In this document: positions 58,892 to 64,000 of the stretch, piece after piece
Layout of the letters: the number at the start of each line of letters is the position of its first letter
How positions within the stretch are numbered: position 1 is the first letter of the stretch
Assembly: GCA_048189585.1 (NCBI GenBank)
Contig: DBEZHA010000007.1
Span: forward strand, 82,053-146,052
Direction of reading: 5' to 3'
Length of the DNA stretch: 64,000 nt
Origin: Collinsella sp.
Lineage (GTDB): Bacteria > Actinomycetota > Coriobacteriia > Coriobacteriales > Coriobacteriaceae
Notes under the pieces: model-generated
What the model saw: only the letters and a program-made list of their open reading frames with translations
Databases searched by the model: none
What the model was told of the DNA's origin: nothing
Translations under genes and position numbers: made by a program

Positions 58892-59980
58892 ATGCTAACG
58901 CGTTTTGAGGTCGAGGGATTCCGAAACTTCTCCCATAGATTTATCTTTAATTTGACCGATGTCAGGGACTACAGATTCAATACGTCGGCCATCGAGGAGG
59001 GCGTCGTTTCTTGTGGCCTTATCTACGGTAAAAACGCTGTCGGTAAAACAAATTTCTCCAATGCCCTTCTCGATATTTCAGCAAATGTGGGGCGTCGGAC
59101 CTTTTATTCCAATAAAACTAATTACCTCAGCGCAGTTGATGGGATCACGTCGGCGTGCTTTGCCTACACGTTTCGCTTTGGGAATGACGAAGTTGCTTAT
59201 CGTTACGAAAAGACTGGGATAACAGACTATCTTCGTGAGACAGTGGCTGTTAACGGCAAGATTGTATTTGATTACGACCACCGTGCAGGTAAAGTGGTCG
59301 ATGGCGATTTGGCTTCTATTGGTGCCGATCGATTAAACTGGGAGTTCAAATCTCCCGGGATTTCTGTTTTGACGTATGTGTGCAATAACATTCCTTTTGA
59401 GAGGGCAATGCCTCTTTTTAAGCTTTATACGTTTGCGCGGTCAATGGATGCCATTGGCGACGCACATATGAACGACCGTAACCTTGTCTCTACCATCGCC
59501 GAAAACGTTATTGCGAATGACTTGGTTTCTGAGCTTCAGGCTTTTTTGAATCACTTTGGAATTCGAGAACGCCTTACTGCGCGTGAAACGCCATCGGGTG
59601 ATATCGCTTTGTACTTTGAAAAAAGTCGACTTATTCCGTTTGTAGAAAACTGTTCAAGCGGCACTGTTGCGCTGTTGCGACTGTTTAATTATTTCCATAC
59701 TACAAGTGTGCCGTCCTTGCTATTTGTCGATGAGTTTGATGCGTTCTATCATCACGATCTCGCCGAGAAGGTCGTTGACTATTTTAAGTCCCAGACCGGA
59801 CGCCAAGTGCTTTGCGCATCGCATAATACAGATTTGTTCAGCAATAAAATCCTTAGGCCAGACTGCCTATTCATTCTTTCGGATCACAATATTATTTCAG
59901 CTGCCAATGCAACGGATAGGGAACTAAGGGAAGGACACAACCTCGAAAAGCTTTATAAGGCTGGCGAATTCGATGTCTAG
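58892..59980 (+). CDS. AAA_21-type ABC ATPase (RloA/AbiLi-like)
   Basis: VEGFRNF, IYGKNAVGKTN, signature CSSGT, FVDEFDAFYH, ASHN, RELREGHNLEKLYKAGEF. Confidence 0.82.
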   Translation: MLTRFEVEGFRNFSHRFIFNLTDVRDYRFNTSAIEEGVVSCGLIYGKNAVGKTNFSNALLDISANVGRRTFYSNKTNYLSAVDGITSACFAYTFRFGNDEVAYRYEKTGITDYLRETVAVNGKIVFDYDHRAGKVVDGDLASIGADRLNWEFKSPGISVLTYVCNNIPFERAMPLFKLYTFARSMDAIGDAHMNDRNLVSTIAENVIANDLVSELQAFLNHFGIRERLTARETPSGDIALYFEKSRLIPFVENCSSGTVALLRLFNYFHTTSVPSLLFVDEFDAFYHHDLAEKVVDYFKSQTGRQVLCASHNTDLFSNKILRPDCLFILSDHNIISAANATDRELREGHNLEKLYKAGEFDV

Positions 59981-60728
59981 GAAGCAAGTCCTGCTTATCG
60001 TTGAGGGTATAAAGCAGGAGATTAAACTCTTTCATGCCCTCTTTGAGTGCTATGGTCTCGACATTGGCTATGAGATCGTTTCCTATAACACAAATATCTA
60101 CGAGCTTTACGAAAGGATGTTTTCGGACGGCTTTCAGGACGACTTATCACTTCTCGGCGTCCTTAAGGAACGCGCGTCCGAAGAGGATAAGTGGTTATTT
60201 GACCAGGATTATTCTGATGTTTTGCTGGTCTTTGACTATGAGCTCCAAGATAATAGGTTCTCACCTGCACGGTTGGAGGAAATGCAACGTTACTTTAACG
60301 AGAGCACAGACAATGGCAAGCTCTACGTTAATTATCCAATGGTTGAGGCGTGTAAGCATTTTCTGAAAATGCCCGACGTAGAATATCTAAACAGAACTGT
60401 TTCCCGTAAAGATGTTTTGAAATACAAGTCAATCGTTGGCAATGCTTCTAGATACCAGAGTTTTGAGCGGCATTTTATTAGGCCTGACGTTGATGAAATG
60501 ATTGTGCTTACCGCCATCAAGGCGCTTCGGTTGTGCGGCTATAACGGCGAGGCCGGTTATGAGTCTGAGTATAGAGACCTTGACCATGAGACGATCGTGA
60601 AGGCGCAAAACGATACTTTGCGTTTGGCTGATGAGGTATGGGTTCTTGGTACCTGTCTGCTATTTATTTTAGATTACTCAACGGGTCTTATTGATTTCGC
60701 GGGAATCGAGTCGAAGCTACTTGGCTAG
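59973..60728 (+). CDS. Hypothetical TOPRIM-like protein coupled to the ATPase (distantly RloB-like)
   Basis: LLIVEG..QE, LLVFDYE, YVNYPMVE; 8-bp overlap with the ATPase gene. Confidence 0.6.
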   Translation: MSRKQVLLIVEGIKQEIKLFHALFECYGLDIGYEIVSYNTNIYELYERMFSDGFQDDLSLLGVLKERASEEDKWLFDQDYSDVLLVFDYELQDNRFSPARLEEMQRYFNESTDNGKLYVNYPMVEACKHFLKMPDVEYLNRTVSRKDVLKYKSIVGNASRYQSFERHFIRPDVDEMIVLTAIKALRLCGYNGEAGYESEYRDLDHETIVKAQNDTLRLADEVWVLGTCLLFILDYSTGLIDFAGIESKLLG

Positions 60729-60783
60729 ACTTCTGGACGCTGCTAGTTCTGATTAATGTTGTCGATGCGGGGCTGTCATTTCT

Positions 60784-60905
60784 GAAGTGCGGTGAAAAAA
60801 ATCGGAAACCTCCGAGCACAAACTGATTTTCGGCAACAAAACCGCAGGTCTCGGATGTCTAAAACAGGGGCCTGGTCGGCAAATCTCGGGTTTTCACCGT
60901 ACTTC
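60784..60905. repeat. Inverted-repeat element with AAAACCGCAGGT core
   Basis: GAAGTGCGGTGAAAA...TTTTCACCGTACTTC termini; the core is shared with family A. Confidence 0.55.
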
Positions 60906-61055
60906 CGGATTGGGCGCGCATTTAGCACCTCCGATGTCTCCTCATCCTCTGAAAAAGTTCTTAAAACAGCCTTAAAGGCGTTCCAACTCGCGTTGACAGC
61001 GTAAAATACGCATGTTTGACTATGACAGAAGTGGATTTTAGGGGAGGGGTGCGCC

Positions 61056-63194
61056 ATGGAGGTGCTGGTTGTTGGCAACACCGCATATGTTGACGATGAC
61101 TTTTGCGCCAAGGCATTCCCTGGGGACCACGTTAAGGTTGTAGCCGCGCAGGAAGCGCGCCGCGATGAGTCGTCGCCCCATGCCTCGTGGAAAGAGCTGC
61201 TTCAGCACTTGGAGCAGGTCTACGAGTTCGACCGCGTGGTCTACCTGTCTAATTACCTAACTCCACATACCGATACCGTGGGCGATATCGAGCTGCTGCG
61301 CTCGGTCTTTCGTACGTGCGCGGGTCGCCGGGTCCAACTGCTGTATGTAGCGGGGCCCGCGGGTGCCGAGGGTGCCGCTGATGCCGCGGGGCGAACGGGC
61401 AAGGGCATTATCGCGCACGCAGCCAACGACCTGTGCCGCTACTACGCTGCTCGCGAGGGCGTTCAGACCAAGATCCTGCGCGTGCCGTTCCTGTATACCG
61501 CGTCTGCCGCGCTGGAAGACCCGTTTTTGGTGCCGTTGTTCGACGCGTGCTCAACCGGATCGGCCGCTCTGCAGGGCGCGCAGGATGCGGCGTTTCCCCT
61601 GCTGTGTGCCGAGGAGCTTTCGGTGTTGGTACGCCGTATCTTCGACAGCTGGGATGGCAACTTTGAGACGCTCGACGTAGCCGATACCTTCCATCACACG
61701 GCGGGTGAGGTGGGCGAAGCCCTTCAGGCGCTGTTCCCAGGGCTCTCAGTTGCCTATGGCGATTCTGCCGGCTACGCCCTGCCCGCCAGTGACGTCGCGC
61801 GCGTGCGCTATGGCTGGTTTCAGCGCTACGACTTACTGCGCGACCTCTCGACCATTCAGGCTCGCTGGGATGCTGGTCGCGCAAAGAAGGTCAACCCCTT
61901 GCGCGCCGCCATCGACCGCATTCAAATGCGTACGCTGCCTGTTAAATGCCTGGAGACGGCAGCCGCCTGGGTGCTCTTTGAAGTGCTGGAGCGCTTGTTC
62001 TCCCAATCGGCCCAGCTCAACGTGCTCGATTATCGCCTGCTCTACGTGGTGCTGATCGGCACGCTGTATGGCTTGGACTTTGGCCTGGTTGCGGCGCTGC
62101 TGGCGTCGGTGGGTTTGGCTGCGAGTTACTTTACTTTGTACGGCTATACCTTCCAGGGCCTGTTCTACGAGCCGTCCAACTGGCTGCCGTTTATCGCGTA
62201 CTTTGTTGTGGGTGCTGTGTGCGGCTATGTGCAGCTGCGCAACAGCGAAGCCATTAGGGCGGAGCGCGATCAAAACGAGCTCGTGCGCAACCGCAATACG
62301 TTCCTTACGCAGCTCTACCACGACGCGATCGAGGACAAGCGCGCGTACAGGCGCCAGATCGTGGGTCGCCACGACAGCTTTGGCAAGATCTTTGCCGTGA
62401 CGCAGGAGCTCGACGTACTCAACCCGCGCGACATCTATCGCAAGTGCTGCGAGCTTCTGGGCGAGATCCTCGAGAACGATTCGGTGGCGATCTACCATGT
62501 TTCGGGCGGGGCATTTGCACGCCTGGTGGCAGCAAGTCCCGCGATTGCCGAAGATGCCGCACGCTCGCTCACGCTCGAGCAGCTTGCACCTCTTTTGGGC
62601 GACGGGGGTCGTTCGAACCTGTGGGTGAACCGCGAGCTGACGCCGGGGCTTCCCATGTTTGGATACACGATCGAGCGCGACGGGGCACCCGCCGTGTTGA
62701 TCTTTGTGCGTAGTGCGGCCGAAAACCAAATGACCCTCTATTATCAAAACCTGTTCCGCATCTTGTGCGGGCTGGTCGAAAGCGCGCTGGGCCGTGCCTT
62801 TGACTATGAGGCGGTGGCGCAGGATAAACGCTGCGTTGACGGCACTTGCGTGCTCAAGCAGGCGGCCTTTGGCCAAGAGCTCGCGGCGGAGCAGGCGCTG
62901 GCAGATAGCAAGATGGGGAGTTTTTTGCTCCTGCGCGTGGTACCGGGCATGGAGCCTGTCGGCGAGCTGGTGGGCGCAATTGGGTCGGCAATCCGCGAGA
63001 GCGACGCGGCGGGCTTGGTCGACGGCAACGTGCTCTACCTGCTTATGCGCCAGGCAAAGGCGTGCGATCTTCCCATTATCCGTAAGCGCCTGAGCGCAAA
63101 GCATATTGCGGTGGAGCCCGTCGACGGCGAGGGCATCGTGGCGCTGCTGCAGCGCATCGCTTACACCGGTGACGGTGAGGGGGGTGCCGCTTGA
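61056..63194 (+). CDS. pelD: Gram-positive PelD-like protein (degenerate SDR + TM + GAF + degenerate GGDEF)
   Basis: N-terminal Rossmann-like region, about 4 TM, coiled coil, SFGKI, GAF-like region, RESD (RxxD) near the C-terminus. Confidence 0.7.
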   Translation: MEVLVVGNTAYVDDDFCAKAFPGDHVKVVAAQEARRDESSPHASWKELLQHLEQVYEFDRVVYLSNYLTPHTDTVGDIELLRSVFRTCAGRRVQLLYVAGPAGAEGAADAAGRTGKGIIAHAANDLCRYYAAREGVQTKILRVPFLYTASAALEDPFLVPLFDACSTGSAALQGAQDAAFPLLCAEELSVLVRRIFDSWDGNFETLDVADTFHHTAGEVGEALQALFPGLSVAYGDSAGYALPASDVARVRYGWFQRYDLLRDLSTIQARWDAGRAKKVNPLRAAIDRIQMRTLPVKCLETAAAWVLFEVLERLFSQSAQLNVLDYRLLYVVLIGTLYGLDFGLVAALLASVGLAASYFTLYGYTFQGLFYEPSNWLPFIAYFVVGAVCGYVQLRNSEAIRAERDQNELVRNRNTFLTQLYHDAIEDKRAYRRQIVGRHDSFGKIFAVTQELDVLNPRDIYRKCCELLGEILENDSVAIYHVSGGAFARLVAASPAIAEDAARSLTLEQLAPLLGDGGRSNLWVNRELTPGLPMFGYTIERDGAPAVLIFVRSAAENQMTLYYQNLFRILCGLVESALGRAFDYEAVAQDKRCVDGTCVLKQAAFGQELAAEQALADSKMGSFLLLRVVPGMEPVGELVGAIGSAIRESDAAGLVDGNVLYLLMRQAKACDLPIIRKRLSAKHIAVEPVDGEGIVALLQRIAYTGDGEGGAA

Positions 63195-64000
63195 TCTCGC
63201 TTGTCGTTGCTGCCGTCTTGCTGCTGATTCATTCGCTGGTTTGCCTGATGCTGTGGACGCTCATGAAGCTGGGCCTGCTGCCGGTGCGCGGGCACATGCT
63301 GGCTGTAATAGTGCTGGTGCCGCTGTGGGGCCCGTTGCTGGTGGTTTTGCTATCGGTGCGCAGCGCGGTGCTTGGCGAGTGGCTGAAAGAGTCTGCGCTG
63401 GAGTCGCTGCGCTTCAACGACGACCTGCATCGTAGTATGTCGGTACCGAGCGGTGAGGACGATGCAGGCGTAGTGCCGCTCGAGGAGGCGCTCATCGTCA
63501 ACGACCCGGCATACCGGCGCCGCCTAATGCTCTCCATGCTCACCGAGGAGCCCGACGCGTACCTGGCGCAGCTGCAGGCGGCTAAGCTTAACGACGACGT
63601 TGAGGTGGCGCACTATGCCGCGACGGCGGTGGCGCAGATCTCCAAGGAGTCCGATCTTAAACTGCAGCAGCTGGAGCATGCCTTTAAGGCGGATCCGAGC
63701 GCGCAAAACCTCAACGAATACTGCGATTATCTTGGTGAATACTTGGGCTCGGGCTTGGCCGAGGGGCGCGTGGCTCAGATTCAGCGCCAACAGTACGCGC
63801 TCCTGCTTGCGCGTCGCTGCGAGCGCGAGGATACCCTTGAGCTGCGCATTCGATACGCGACGGCGCTGGCCGATGTCGGACAGATCGACGAGGCGCAGAC
63901 CGTGACTGACCAGCTGGTGCTCGACGTGCCCGACGAGCAGGAGGTTTGGATGCTTTGCCTGCGCCTAGCCGTGATGCGCCGCGACGGTGAAGAGGTCCAC
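63191..64000 (+). CDS. pelE: Gram-positive PelE-like protein, 3'-truncated by the window edge
   Basis: TTG start overlapping the pelD stop; 2 TM, VVPLEEALIVND..RRRLML, NDDVEVAHYAA, helical TPR-like repeats; missing from the ORF track because it has no stop in the window. Confidence 0.68.
   Translation, partial: MISLVVAAVLLLIHSLVCLMLWTLMKLGLLPVRGHMLAVIVLVPLWGPLLVVLLSVRSAVLGEWLKESALESLRFNDDLHRSMSVPSGEDDAGVVPLEEALIVNDPAYRRRLMLSMLTEEPDAYLAQLQAAKLNDDVEVAHYAATAVAQISKESDLKLQQLEHAFKADPSAQNLNEYCDYLGEYLGSGLAEGRVAQIQRQQYALLLARRCEREDTLELRIRYATALADVGQIDEAQTVTDQLVLDVPDEQEVWMLCLRLAVMRRDGEEVH

Overview
GC-rich bacterial chromosome segment. Gene content and style suggest a gut Coriobacteriia such as Collinsella; this is inference, and no marker gene was searched. 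From left to right: (1) the 3' part of a group 4a [NiFe] hydrogenase / formate hydrogenlyase operon (hyfD-E-F-G-H-I-J, hycI, formate channel); (2) an orphan DMSO-reductase-family molybdoenzyme followed by selA, selB, tRNA-Sec, mobA and a Cys-rich DUF3343 protein; (3) gdhA and a two-gene xanthine-dehydrogenase-family enzyme; (4) housekeeping genes (tRNA-Leu, tig, clpP, clpX, valS, folC, M24 peptidase, a GlpA-like flavoprotein trio, thrS); (5) a Wzx/Wzy uronic-acid polysaccharide locus led by a NusG-paralogue antiterminator, with a candidate invertible promoter and three G9 tracts; (6) two damaged surface-protein genes; (7) an AT-richer defence island with three different ABC-ATPase + TOPRIM modules (Gabija-like, fused PARIS-like, and an unassigned pair behind a perfect 51-bp palindrome); (8) the start of a Gram-positive pel-like operon. 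The intergenic DNA holds several families of fixed-length palindromic repeats, some with compensatory base changes, including an 80-bp-period array of alternating inverted 17-mers. All calls come from reading motifs by eye; no database searches were run.
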